Shown here piece by piece: positions 48,676 through 57,632 of a DNA stretch of 64,000 bases. The position numbers and the translations under genes are program-made. The notes beneath the pieces were generated by a model. The model did not search any database, was not told where the DNA came from, and saw only the letters and a program-made list of their open reading frames with translations. The DNA is from a virus (taxonomy: Duplodnaviria > Caudoviricetes), in the IMG/VR virus record IMGVR_UViG_3300037400_001617; one strand, written 5' to 3'. The stretch's first letter is position 1. Every line of letters begins with the position of its first letter.

Positions 48676-49019
48676 TCGTAACACCTCCCGATGATCTGTA
48701 CGTTGTTTATATTACCGCCTACAAAAGCAACTAAGAACTTAGTGCCTTTAGGGATGAACTTGTCTTCATAGGCGAGCATAATCTCTCTAGGTATCTTAAG
48801 GTCTAGTGTTATCTCACTAGACATCTTGCTAGTGGATAACCAGGTAAGGTCTTTATTCATAATATAAGATCTATTAACTACTACAGTTCTTCCAACCTCT
48901 GTTTCAAAAGGCACCAATGCCTTGATATAGAATGGATGTTTAACTGTAGGGTTTTCATACTTGTTTACTTCTTCGTACAGGATAGCTTCTTGTACGTAGT
49001 TGTACTTCGAGTATTCCAT
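48672..49019 (-). CDS. putative baseplate spike/OB-fold protein
   Basis: IPKGTKFLVAFVGGNINNVQIIG resembles the gp5/gpV OB-fold end; late motif at 49041-49052. Confidence 0.55.
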   Translation of the reverse strand: MEYSKYNYVQEAILYEEVNKYENPTVKHPFYIKALVPFETEVGRTVVVNRSYIMNKDLTWLSTSKMSSEITLDLKIPREIMLAYEDKFIPKGTKFLVAFVGGNINNVQIIGRCYE

Positions 49020-49079
49020 TCAATCACCTCCAGGATAACTTATTAGATGGTTCTGGAGACACAATAAGGAGGAACCTAT

Positions 49080-49727
49080 ATGGCTATGCTTTATACACTT
49101 GATTATTCTCCATTTAAGAAGCTTACACCAAGTCAGTATAAAAAGGGTATACCGAGTCTGGACAGTTATACTGGTATAGAAGGACTGTTACAGTCGGTAA
49201 GACCAAAAGATCGTGAAGCTATCAGAACAGTACTCACATATGATCCATCGATCATATTCATGGATATCATGTACTATGCTGGTATTGGAACCAGTAATGG
49301 TATCGTCGTAGATAATGATACTATGAGACCATTACCTTACAATGGAAACAAGCTCATGAGATATCCTGCTGTTATCGGCGGATGCGGAAACATGAACATA
49401 GTCAACTTCGATCCTATCTTCAACCTTAAGATGATGGAGATAGTCTTCACTGTGTATATCACTAAGATATCTGCAGAGAGAAACATAAGCATCAAGTCAT
49501 TCTATATATACGGACGTCAGAACCAACTTAAATCTGGTGAGTTGTGTTTAGACGACTATAAGGGAACTAAACTAGTTTCGGATCAATTCATGACTGATAC
49601 TGTATGCTATATCAATCTGATGATGCAGATTGAGGGTGTAGACAGAGAAACAGCATACAATCAGTGTGCGGCTCTTGACAACTACATCGTTTGCTCAAAG
49701 AAGATGAAAGGACGTCATTATGAATGA
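49080..49727 (+). CDS. hypothetical protein
   Basis: 215 aa, SD AAGGAGG. Confidence 0.8.
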   Translation: MAMLYTLDYSPFKKLTPSQYKKGIPSLDSYTGIEGLLQSVRPKDREAIRTVLTYDPSIIFMDIMYYAGIGTSNGIVVDNDTMRPLPYNGNKLMRYPAVIGGCGNMNIVNFDPIFNLKMMEIVFTVYITKISAERNISIKSFYIYGRQNQLKSGELCLDDYKGTKLVSDQFMTDTVCYINLMMQIEGVDRETAYNQCAALDNYIVCSKKMKGRHYE

Positions 49728-50928
49728 TTATGGATCACTGAACACTAATCAGCGTAGAGTGTTCGACGCAGCTATGGAATGGTGGAAAGGTGCTCGATCT
49801 GAACCGTTCGAGATCTCTGGACCACCAGGCTCTGGCAAGACATATCTGATAAACACTATAGTCGATTACCTCGGTATAGCTAGAGAAAAAATAGCTCCAC
49901 TCGCATACACTGGAGCGGCCGCAATCAATATGAGAGTTCATGGAATGGAGAACGCTAAAACTGCTCATTCATGGCTCTATCTTCCAGTAATGCAACAGCT
50001 AGTCGACGAAAATGGTAAACCTATCATAGATCCAAGAACTGGTAAGCAAAAAGTGGTGATAAAATACGTCGAAAGAGAATCACTACCAGGTATAGATCTC
50101 TTGATAATAGATGAGGGTGGCACTATACCACCCAACATGAGAGCTACTATAGAGAAACATCATATACCAACCATAGTAGCAGGAGATATAGATCAATTGC
50201 CACCAGTACATGGTAAGCCTGCGTATCTGAATGATCCCCGCAAGATTCACTTCCTAACGGAGATCATGAGACAGGCTCAGGATAGTGGTATAGTCTATAT
50301 CTCTCAAATGGTAAAAGATGGAAGACAACCGCATTGTGGACTCTGGAAAGATGCGCTTGTCATCCATCGAAATCAGCTAACCTTAGATATGCTCTTAAGG
50401 TCAAAGATTATACTATGTGGCAGAAACGTCACTAGAGACTATTATAATGACTTCATGAGAGCTACCTATGGTTTTGCAGGACAGCTACCAATGTATGGTG
50501 AGAGGGTAGTATGTCGTAAGAACAACTGGAATGTCGTCACTCCAGATGGAATCAATCTCACCAATGGTCTTTTAGGTATGTGTATAAATGACCCAAAGTA
50601 TACATATGATAGAAAGCATGATTCTTTCGTCTTAGACTTTGCACCAGATATGAGTACTGGTGTAACGTCTAATGTATTCCACGGTCTCGACTGTTCATAC
50701 ACATACTTCACATCGGATGCTAAAGTCCGTGAGAAACTACGAAACGATCCCGAAATAAAGACTGAAAGATTTGAGTTTGGATATGCCATTACTACCCACA
50801 TGTCACAAGGCTCTGAGTACGACAATGGTATATACATAGAAGAATCACTCAACAAGAGCATAGATCACAAACTTAACTACGTTGGAGTTACACGCTTCAG
50901 AAAGTTTTGTATCTATGTAAAAGAGTGA
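49720..50928 (+). CDS. Dda/RecD-like SF1B helicase
   Basis: GPPGSGKT, AYTGAAA, IIDEG, GDIDQLPPV, LTEIMRQ, YAITTHMSQGSEY and YVGVTR motifs. Confidence 0.92.
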   Translation: MNDYGSLNTNQRRVFDAAMEWWKGARSEPFEISGPPGSGKTYLINTIVDYLGIAREKIAPLAYTGAAAINMRVHGMENAKTAHSWLYLPVMQQLVDENGKPIIDPRTGKQKVVIKYVERESLPGIDLLIIDEGGTIPPNMRATIEKHHIPTIVAGDIDQLPPVHGKPAYLNDPRKIHFLTEIMRQAQDSGIVYISQMVKDGRQPHCGLWKDALVIHRNQLTLDMLLRSKIILCGRNVTRDYYNDFMRATYGFAGQLPMYGERVVCRKNNWNVVTPDGINLTNGLLGMCINDPKYTYDRKHDSFVLDFAPDMSTGVTSNVFHGLDCSYTYFTSDAKVREKLRNDPEIKTERFEFGYAITTHMSQGSEYDNGIYIEESLNKSIDHKLNYVGVTRFRKFCIYVKE

Positions 50929-50961
50929 TGTATTCTTCTAACAAACTCACAACAATATAGT

Positions 50962-51110
50962 ATGGCGGTGCAGCTATGCACTATTAGACTCTCACAGCAG
51001 TTCTCTATGTTAAAATGGACAGTTATGAGTCTAGACGAGCGATTCTTTAAGAGTTGAATCTTAAGCAGTTACCGCCACCACCTTTCCGTAGTGGAAATGT
51101 CCACTACGGA
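50962..51110 (+). ncRNA. candidate structured late RNA with tRNA-like acceptor stem and 3' ACCA
   Basis: Late motif AACA atatag TA at 50951-50962; GGCGGUG/UACCGCC closing stem then ACCA; internal UAGACUC/GAGUCUA helix; downstream hairpin at 51085-51110; no ORF. Confidence 0.65.
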
Positions 51111-51194
51111 TAAGTTGTCTTAAAACAACTTTTGGCTACATATCATACCTTTGAGTCAAGAACAATACTAAGACTCAGAAAGGAAATCGAAACA

Positions 51195-51911
51195 ATGAGC
51201 GATAACATTGTAAACCCCTTTGGTATTGTGAATCCTGTATCTGGTGAAGTAACCGAACAGGAAGTTAATCCTACCAAAGAGGATCTCAAACTTATCAAAG
51301 AAAAGGAAAAGAGACTGGCAGAAGAGGCTAAGAAGAACCTCAAGACAGTCAAAGTTGCAGATGGTACAGCAACAACTAAGAGACCTGCTAAGAATAAGAG
51401 AGCTCCACAGGCTCCAGTAGTAGCAGGTAAACCACAACAGCAGAATGTTCCTCAGAAGCCTAAGCAGATACAGTCTGTAAAAGAGTATCTTGTGTGCTTT
51501 GTATTTGAGGGACAGGATATGACTGAACCAGACTGGACACGTTCCAGATGGATAACTGCAGAAGGAAGAGGTTTATGCTTTGCTAAGACAGTAAGCATGA
51601 TTCATGATATAACCTCTGAAAATGAAGACTTCTATGATCCTATCGATTATGAGGAGTCATTCGTGTTATGCACGGGAGTCAAGTATGAAGAGAAGGTTCC
51701 GCTCCTTCAGTTCATCAGACTCTGCATCGAGAAAGAAGCCAAAGCAATAGACAAGTATATGCTTGACTATATGCAGGCAGTCCTCAAGTCATACGAAACT
51801 GGTTCGTTTGAACCTATTGACGAATGGGTCAAGGTTAACAATGATACACCTTGTACTCCACAGGTTCAGCAGACCATGTATACATCACTTGAGGGTGAAG
51901 ATATAAACTAA
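51195..51911 (+). CDS. hypothetical protein
   Basis: SD AGAAAGGA before ATG 51195. Confidence 0.8.
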   Translation: MSDNIVNPFGIVNPVSGEVTEQEVNPTKEDLKLIKEKEKRLAEEAKKNLKTVKVADGTATTKRPAKNKRAPQAPVVAGKPQQQNVPQKPKQIQSVKEYLVCFVFEGQDMTEPDWTRSRWITAEGRGLCFAKTVSMIHDITSENEDFYDPIDYEESFVLCTGVKYEEKVPLLQFIRLCIEKEAKAIDKYMLDYMQAVLKSYETGSFEPIDEWVKVNNDTPCTPQVQQTMYTSLEGEDIN

Positions 51912-51933
51912 ACTAGCCAAGGAGGACACTAAT

Positions 51934-52701
51934 ATGGCACAGAACAACAAACCAAGACAGCCTCGTAAGACGTGGTTTGATAACCAGGCCGAGAGGAAAG
52001 GACAGAGGTTTCTGGACGGTTGGGCCAATGGTCAGGACAGAGACTTCATATTACCAGATAAAAAGATAAGAGCCATCGATAATATCCTGAGAGATATTAA
52101 AGATGGCCAGATAAATCAGATTAGGGATATAACTCCAACAAGGTTACTTAACAAGGACCTTCTGTATTCCATCACGCAGGTATGTAAAGCGAGACTGGAT
52201 TATTTTAACCGTATGTATAATGCGTTTGTTATGCTCGACATGGTAAGCTACTGCGTTCTGACACAGAAACGGCTTTATGAACTGACAGAAGGAATAACAG
52301 ACGTAGATGAAAAAATGAAGCATCTTGAAAAGATTGGTGTTGACAGAAACTATATTTGGCTCGTCGGCACTATGCCTTTAGACGGAGCATATGATCCCAT
52401 GACCAACACTTACAAAGGTGGTATACCTTATACAAGAGAGCTTCAGCAAGCACACAATCACCCAGCATATCAAACGCAGATATGGATGGCTGAGAGGTAT
52501 AAAACCATGTATAAGATCATGTACAATATCTTCTCAAAAATCTATGATGGTGTGGCACATAACACGCTCAAACAGTCGGATATAACATTTTATGAGCAGA
52601 TTCAGTCAGCAATGAAAAACGCTGAAGAGCATAAGTTCCCAAATGGAATGAAGGTGCCGCTTGACTTCAATGTGCTGACTGGATACGACTACATGCTTTA
52701 A
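51934..52701 (+). CDS. hypothetical protein
   Basis: 255 aa, SD AAGGAGG. Confidence 0.8.
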   Translation: MAQNNKPRQPRKTWFDNQAERKGQRFLDGWANGQDRDFILPDKKIRAIDNILRDIKDGQINQIRDITPTRLLNKDLLYSITQVCKARLDYFNRMYNAFVMLDMVSYCVLTQKRLYELTEGITDVDEKMKHLEKIGVDRNYIWLVGTMPLDGAYDPMTNTYKGGIPYTRELQQAHNHPAYQTQIWMAERYKTMYKIMYNIFSKIYDGVAHNTLKQSDITFYEQIQSAMKNAEEHKFPNGMKVPLDFNVLTGYDYML

Positions 52702-52749
52702 CCAGGCACTCAACTTATCTATAATACTAACCAAAGGAGGTTAATAGTT

Positions 52750-53286
52750 ATGGATAAAGCAAAACTTATAGCTCTTAGAAAAGAGCTTCATCAGCTTACC
52801 AATATAGCTAGAAAGAATCCCGATCAGAAGATAGATGTACCGCTCATCATAGCAATCGATCACGGTACTACTGTAATCGACGAGATCGATAGTTGTATAA
52901 TGTGGGATGATGATAACGAAGTATTGTACTCAATCGAGTACAATAACAACGTGAACGACAAGCTGTACAATATCTGCCCGATGAGAATCAGAGCATTTCA
53001 GTACAGCACGATCGTTTCAGTAACTGCGAGAGCAGATCTGAATATGCTTATGGACTTCTTCGACTCAAAGATTTCTGACGGAATCACGAATGAGACTACT
53101 AAGGAGAAGTACAGAAAGGCATACATGGATATGAGAGATCCGAGAACCTTCGCTGCAGGACATCCTAGTCCGTCTACTTCAAAGGATCTTCCTTTGAATC
53201 AGGTAGATAGATTCAACGAAGACTTCCCGCTCATGAATCCATCAGCTATCATGGCAAACCTCGAGAACTCAAATCCTGAGGTATAA
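52750..53286 (+). CDS. late hypothetical protein (candidate sRNA target)
   Basis: 178 aa, late motif at 52712-52723, SD AAAGGAGGT. Confidence 0.8.
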   Translation: MDKAKLIALRKELHQLTNIARKNPDQKIDVPLIIAIDHGTTVIDEIDSCIMWDDDNEVLYSIEYNNNVNDKLYNICPMRIRAFQYSTIVSVTARADLNMLMDFFDSKISDGITNETTKEKYRKAYMDMRDPRTFAAGHPSPSTSKDLPLNQVDRFNEDFPLMNPSAIMANLENSNPEV

Positions 53287-53370
53287 ACACAATAACAATT
53301 GTATACAATAGAGGGGTACGAGAGGATCCCTCTTGTATAAATCAAAATTCTTTTAAGGAGGACATCGACA

Positions 53371-54447
53371 ATGATGTACAATTCTGTTTTCAACACACCC
53401 AACGGAGGAATCTATCCTTCAACAGTAATCAACCCCGTTAATGAGAAGCCTCAGGTTTCTACTCTTAACGAAAAGGAAGAGAAGATCCTCGCTTCAACAG
53501 GCGGAAACGAGTTCGTTTTCACAGAGGAAGAAATGGCAGTAGCTCACTGCAACCACGCTCCATCAAACAACGGCCAGAATGTTCTGGAAGTAGAAAGCGA
53601 TGACGGAGTTGTTGCAAAGTTCCGTTGCAGACGCTGCCACACTACATTCGAAGTGGACAGAAGAATCACTGAGAGTGATGTAAGCAAGGTGTGCGAGGTA
53701 ATGCATAATATACTCAACACCATCAAAACATATCTTGGATCTGAGATCTCACCTCAGTTCGCAAGAGACGTGTTCAGCATTGATGCAGCTTTCCCGAAGC
53801 TGCCTAAGCTCTACTCACAGGCTAAGAAGAGCATCGAGCAGAAAGTCGCTGCACTCAATCAGCAGTTCCAGTATGCAAATCCTGGTGCTTACTTCGGCCA
53901 GGCAAATCCATACCAGACTGCATTCGCAAACGGTCTGAACAGTCCGTCAGCACAGTACCAGTACAACCAGTACGCTGCAGCTGCATATCCTACCTTCAAT
54001 GGTAATGGAATGCCTCAGCAGATGTATGGTTACGCAGGACAGCCTGGAATGCCTGTAAATCCATATGCAGCTCAGACACCTCAGATGGTAAATCCTTATG
54101 CTCCTCAGCAGGGATATGCACCTTCTCCTGTTGGCGGTCTGATGACTGCAGAAAATCCGCTGTATACTTCACAGACTAGCGGAGTAGCTCCTGAGGGTAC
54201 TGGAACTTATTCAGTTCCTGCTCCCAACTCAGGAATGATGTTCAACAGCGTTGTTCCCTCAAACGTAAATGTTGCTCCTGCAGCTCCTATGGCAGGTACA
54301 ACAACACAGGCAACACCTCAGATGAACATCCCTACAGTAGGAAGTCCTGCACCTGCACTTCCTCCTGTAACAAACCCTACACCTGCAGCTGCTCCTGCTC
54401 CTAATGTAGCAACTCCTGTAGGTAACACAAGCACAATCACACTGTAA
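53371..54447 (+). CDS. Zn-binding domain plus long P/Q/A/N/Y-rich disordered tail
   Basis: CNH...CRRC; the C-terminal 190 aa or so are almost devoid of charged residues; late motif at 53294-53305. Confidence 0.8.
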   Translation: MMYNSVFNTPNGGIYPSTVINPVNEKPQVSTLNEKEEKILASTGGNEFVFTEEEMAVAHCNHAPSNNGQNVLEVESDDGVVAKFRCRRCHTTFEVDRRITESDVSKVCEVMHNILNTIKTYLGSEISPQFARDVFSIDAAFPKLPKLYSQAKKSIEQKVAALNQQFQYANPGAYFGQANPYQTAFANGLNSPSAQYQYNQYAAAAYPTFNGNGMPQQMYGYAGQPGMPVNPYAAQTPQMVNPYAPQQGYAPSPVGGLMTAENPLYTSQTSGVAPEGTGTYSVPAPNSGMMFNSVVPSNVNVAPAAPMAGTTTQATPQMNIPTVGSPAPALPPVTNPTPAAAPAPNVATPVGNTSTITL

Positions 54448-54547
54448 TTCATATTGCCCTATAGGGAGGTGAGAGATTCTCTCACCTCCTTATTTTTATC
54501 GATCCTACAACAACACTATAATCAAATTAGAAAGGATTGATGCTACA

Positions 54548-56908
54548 ATGGCAACAGTGAAAAAGAAGAAGACCGAATCCCTTGAAGAACAAATCAAGAA
54601 TTATGGGTCGCAGATCAAGGAGATTAATGATATTGTCGATCAGGTTCGACAGACTCCTGATGTGTATATAGGACCTTTAGGAAATAAGGGATTCCTAACG
54701 ATGATTAGAGAGATCTTTCAGAATGCTCTTGATGAGATACTGAAGGGTGTAGCTCTTGATATGAATATATCGCTCACATTCGATGAGCGCACTAACGCGG
54801 TGACTGTTGCAGATCATGGTCGTGGAATACCTCATGGTATGATAGGCAAGATCTTCGGTCAGACGCATACAAGTTCCAACTATGAAAAACAGCCTGGTGT
54901 ATATTCTGCTGGAAAGAATGGTTGTGGCGGTGCTGTCACAAACATGCTTTCTCATAGTATGATTATAGATTCATACGTTTTAGGCGAAGGCCGACACGCC
55001 GAATTCGTAGAGGGACATCTCTGGAAGAAAGGCGAGGTAGCAATCCCCAAGAAGGATTGCAAAGGGAAACAGGGATCAGTGATCACATTCATTCCATCTG
55101 AGACATGTTTAAACGTTGACAAGTTTAGTTTGACTTGGGAGAATGTGCATGACTTGGTTGCTTCCATAGTTCCGTTGGCACCAATAGGAACAACTTGTTC
55201 ATTCGATGGAGTGGACATGAATGGAGTTATCCATCACGAGGATATAGTCAATCAAGATGGGGTGATAACCCATTTGATCAACATGACCCAGAATCCGTTC
55301 ATTGCTCCTATCGTTGTACAAAACGATAATGGAACAATGAAGATGGATTTATGTTTGACGTACGATACAAGTGTCGAGAACAACTTTGAAGACTATCAGA
55401 GCTTCAACAACACTTGTCCTACTGAGGGCGGAAAGCATCTTGATGGTGCACTCGATGGAGTAGTACGATTCTTCAAAGAGTACATGAACAAGATATACCT
55501 TGTAAACGTAAAAAGCAAGGTTAAGCTCGTATGTGGAATCAACGACATCAAACAAGGACTCAAACTGGTCATAAGTACATTCCATCTCTATGCTATGTAT
55601 ACTGGCCAGAGTAAGGAGATACTCAGCAATGAGGATATCTTCCCATTCGTTTCGCAGACTACTTATGAAGGTCTTCAGGCTTGGAGTCAGAACAATACTA
55701 CTGATCTTCAGAACCTGTGTAAGTACTTCAGAAGCATAATCGAACTTAGACTGAAGCAGGATAAGGACAAGGTGAAGTTGGCAAACTCTTTTAAGTCATC
55801 GATCCTTTCGGGCTATCCTGATAAGTTCAAGAAACCTAATATGAAGAAAGGTTTCGAGTTGATTATAGTTGAAGGAGATTCAGCTTTCGGTTCTGCAGAG
55901 AACTCGAGAGACAATAACACTCAGGGTATCTACCCCATAAGAGGTAAGTTACCTAATGCCTTCGAAAAGCCAGCGAGCGTAATCTTCCAAAACGAAGAGG
56001 TAGCATCCATCTTCCAAATCATAGGTGGAGGCTACGGTAAGAACTTCGATATATCAAAGGTCAACATATCAAAGCTTATATTCATGGCTGATGCTGACCC
56101 TGATGGTAAACATATCTTGACACTTCTCCTCAGGCTGATCGCACTGTATGCGAGACCGCTTTTGGAGGCAGGTATGGTTTACGCGGCAATACCGCCGTTA
56201 TTTGGAGTTCCTATGGGTAAGGATAAGTACAAGTACTTTGTCGATAAGAAGGACTACTATCAGTATATACAGAAGAAGTTCTCTACAGACAATGTCCTTA
56301 CCGATATCAACGGAAAGGCTATGAGTACAAAGAGTATCGTAGACCTTCTCGACAGAACAGATAACTATATCAGCGTTCTTGAGAGTACTGCTACTAACTA
56401 TGCAATTGATCCTAGTCTGCTTGAGAGTATCTTAATCAATAAAGATCTCTCACCCAAGAAGTTCAAGTCTGCTATAGAAAAGCAGTATAGATTCATGAAT
56501 GTACGTACTGAGAACGGTATAACTGTTCTTGATGGTTTGGCTGGAAACAAAGCACATCTGGTATTCCTTACACCTCGTCTCTTAGCAGCGTGTGGTATGG
56601 TTATGAGTTATTTGAACGCTAATGAACCGTACTACAGACTCAATGGAGAAGTGGTGTCACTGTATGGACTCAGAATTGCATTCGGCAAATACGAACCATC
56701 ACATCTGCAGAGATTTAAAGGTCTCGGCGAGATGAATGCTAAGATGCTTGGTATAAGTACATTAAGACCTGACGGAGATAGACTTCTTGTTAGATACACG
56801 TTTGAGGATATCAATCGTGAGATCAATGAGATGAGAAAGCTCAATGATAACAAGGAACTTCTCCTCAAGGGTATTGGAAAGATACCTAGACAGGACATCT
56901 TAGGATAA
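54548..56908 (+). CDS. gyrB: type IIA topoisomerase (gyrase-like) B subunit
   Basis: EIFQNALDE, DHGRGIP, GKNGCG, VEGDSA, PIRGK, DADPDG and RFKGLGEM motifs. Confidence 0.95.
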   Translation: MATVKKKKTESLEEQIKNYGSQIKEINDIVDQVRQTPDVYIGPLGNKGFLTMIREIFQNALDEILKGVALDMNISLTFDERTNAVTVADHGRGIPHGMIGKIFGQTHTSSNYEKQPGVYSAGKNGCGGAVTNMLSHSMIIDSYVLGEGRHAEFVEGHLWKKGEVAIPKKDCKGKQGSVITFIPSETCLNVDKFSLTWENVHDLVASIVPLAPIGTTCSFDGVDMNGVIHHEDIVNQDGVITHLINMTQNPFIAPIVVQNDNGTMKMDLCLTYDTSVENNFEDYQSFNNTCPTEGGKHLDGALDGVVRFFKEYMNKIYLVNVKSKVKLVCGINDIKQGLKLVISTFHLYAMYTGQSKEILSNEDIFPFVSQTTYEGLQAWSQNNTTDLQNLCKYFRSIIELRLKQDKDKVKLANSFKSSILSGYPDKFKKPNMKKGFELIIVEGDSAFGSAENSRDNNTQGIYPIRGKLPNAFEKPASVIFQNEEVASIFQIIGGGYGKNFDISKVNISKLIFMADADPDGKHILTLLLRLIALYARPLLEAGMVYAAIPPLFGVPMGKDKYKYFVDKKDYYQYIQKKFSTDNVLTDINGKAMSTKSIVDLLDRTDNYISVLESTATNYAIDPSLLESILINKDLSPKKFKSAIEKQYRFMNVRTENGITVLDGLAGNKAHLVFLTPRLLAACGMVMSYLNANEPYYRLNGEVVSLYGLRIAFGKYEPSHLQRFKGLGEMNAKMLGISTLRPDGDRLLVRYTFEDINREINEMRKLNDNKELLLKGIGKIPRQDILG

Positions 56909-56913
56909 CCAAT

Positions 56914-56946
56914 AGAAGGTGTGGAGCAATCCGCACCTTCTTTTTT
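56914..56946 (+). terminator. intrinsic terminator (GGAGCAATCC family)
   Basis: AGAAGGTGTGGA-GCAA-TCCGCACCTTCT then T-tract. Confidence 0.8.
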
Positions 56947-57033
56947 GTGCGTAATATTTTAATGACAATCCTACATATATATAATCGAACCCAATTGGGC
57001 GATATTAAAATACATCCAAAGGAGAGTATCATT

Positions 57034-57477
57034 ATGAACAACAACAGAAACCCTAAGTACAACAAGAAAGGCTATTCAAAGCCTAACCCGAACACCACAA
57101 GAGTAGCAAAGTATACTACGGCTGAGTTCGAACTTGGTTCTTCTGACAAGTACGACTCTATAATCGACACACTTATTGCTATCATTGATTCATGCAGCTT
57201 CGACTGCTGCGCTATCACTGCTAAGATGAGAAAGTCCGCTTTCTTTGACAGCTCTGAATCAAAGGGAATGATCGACCTCGGCGAGATCAGAGAGTTCAAC
57301 AATGATACAAAGAAGTTCACTGTATCTATGCCTACAGCTACATATACAAAGCTTAAGGACGTCATCAACAACGGCAGTCTTAAGATCGTACCTGCAGTGA
57401 GACTCAACAAGGACACTGGTGAAGTTAAGTTCATCTCTTGCTTCGAAGCTGTTCTTCCTTCCACTGCAAACGAATAA
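57034..57477 (+). CDS. hypothetical protein inserted between gyrB and gyrA
   Basis: SD AAAGGAG before ATG 57034; flanked by terminators. Confidence 0.8.
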   Translation: MNNNRNPKYNKKGYSKPNPNTTRVAKYTTAEFELGSSDKYDSIIDTLIAIIDSCSFDCCAITAKMRKSAFFDSSESKGMIDLGEIREFNNDTKKFTVSMPTATYTKLKDVINNGSLKIVPAVRLNKDTGEVKFISCFEAVLPSTANE

Positions 57478-57562
57478 GACAACTTCTATCATTTCAAAAC
57501 CATCCTTATATAGGAATTCGGTGGAGGTCCCTAGTGGCCTCCACCAATTCCCGTGTCTGTTG

Positions 57563-57570
57563 TATATTAT
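57563..57570 (+). promoter_or_regulatory. early promoter motif TATATTAT
   Basis: Upstream of gyrA. Confidence 0.6.
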
Positions 57571-57632
57571 AGAGAGGTAATAAAGGAGTTTGGTCAGAAC
57601 TCTACAATAATCACACAAGGAGGTTACAATAT

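Noticed and set aside
50964-51080. Canonical tRNA, tmRNA or SRP RNA
   Set aside because: No proper D-arm or 7-nt anticodon loop, T-like arm displaced, no G3-U70 or tag ORF, no SRP CAGG-GNRA-AGCAG helix.
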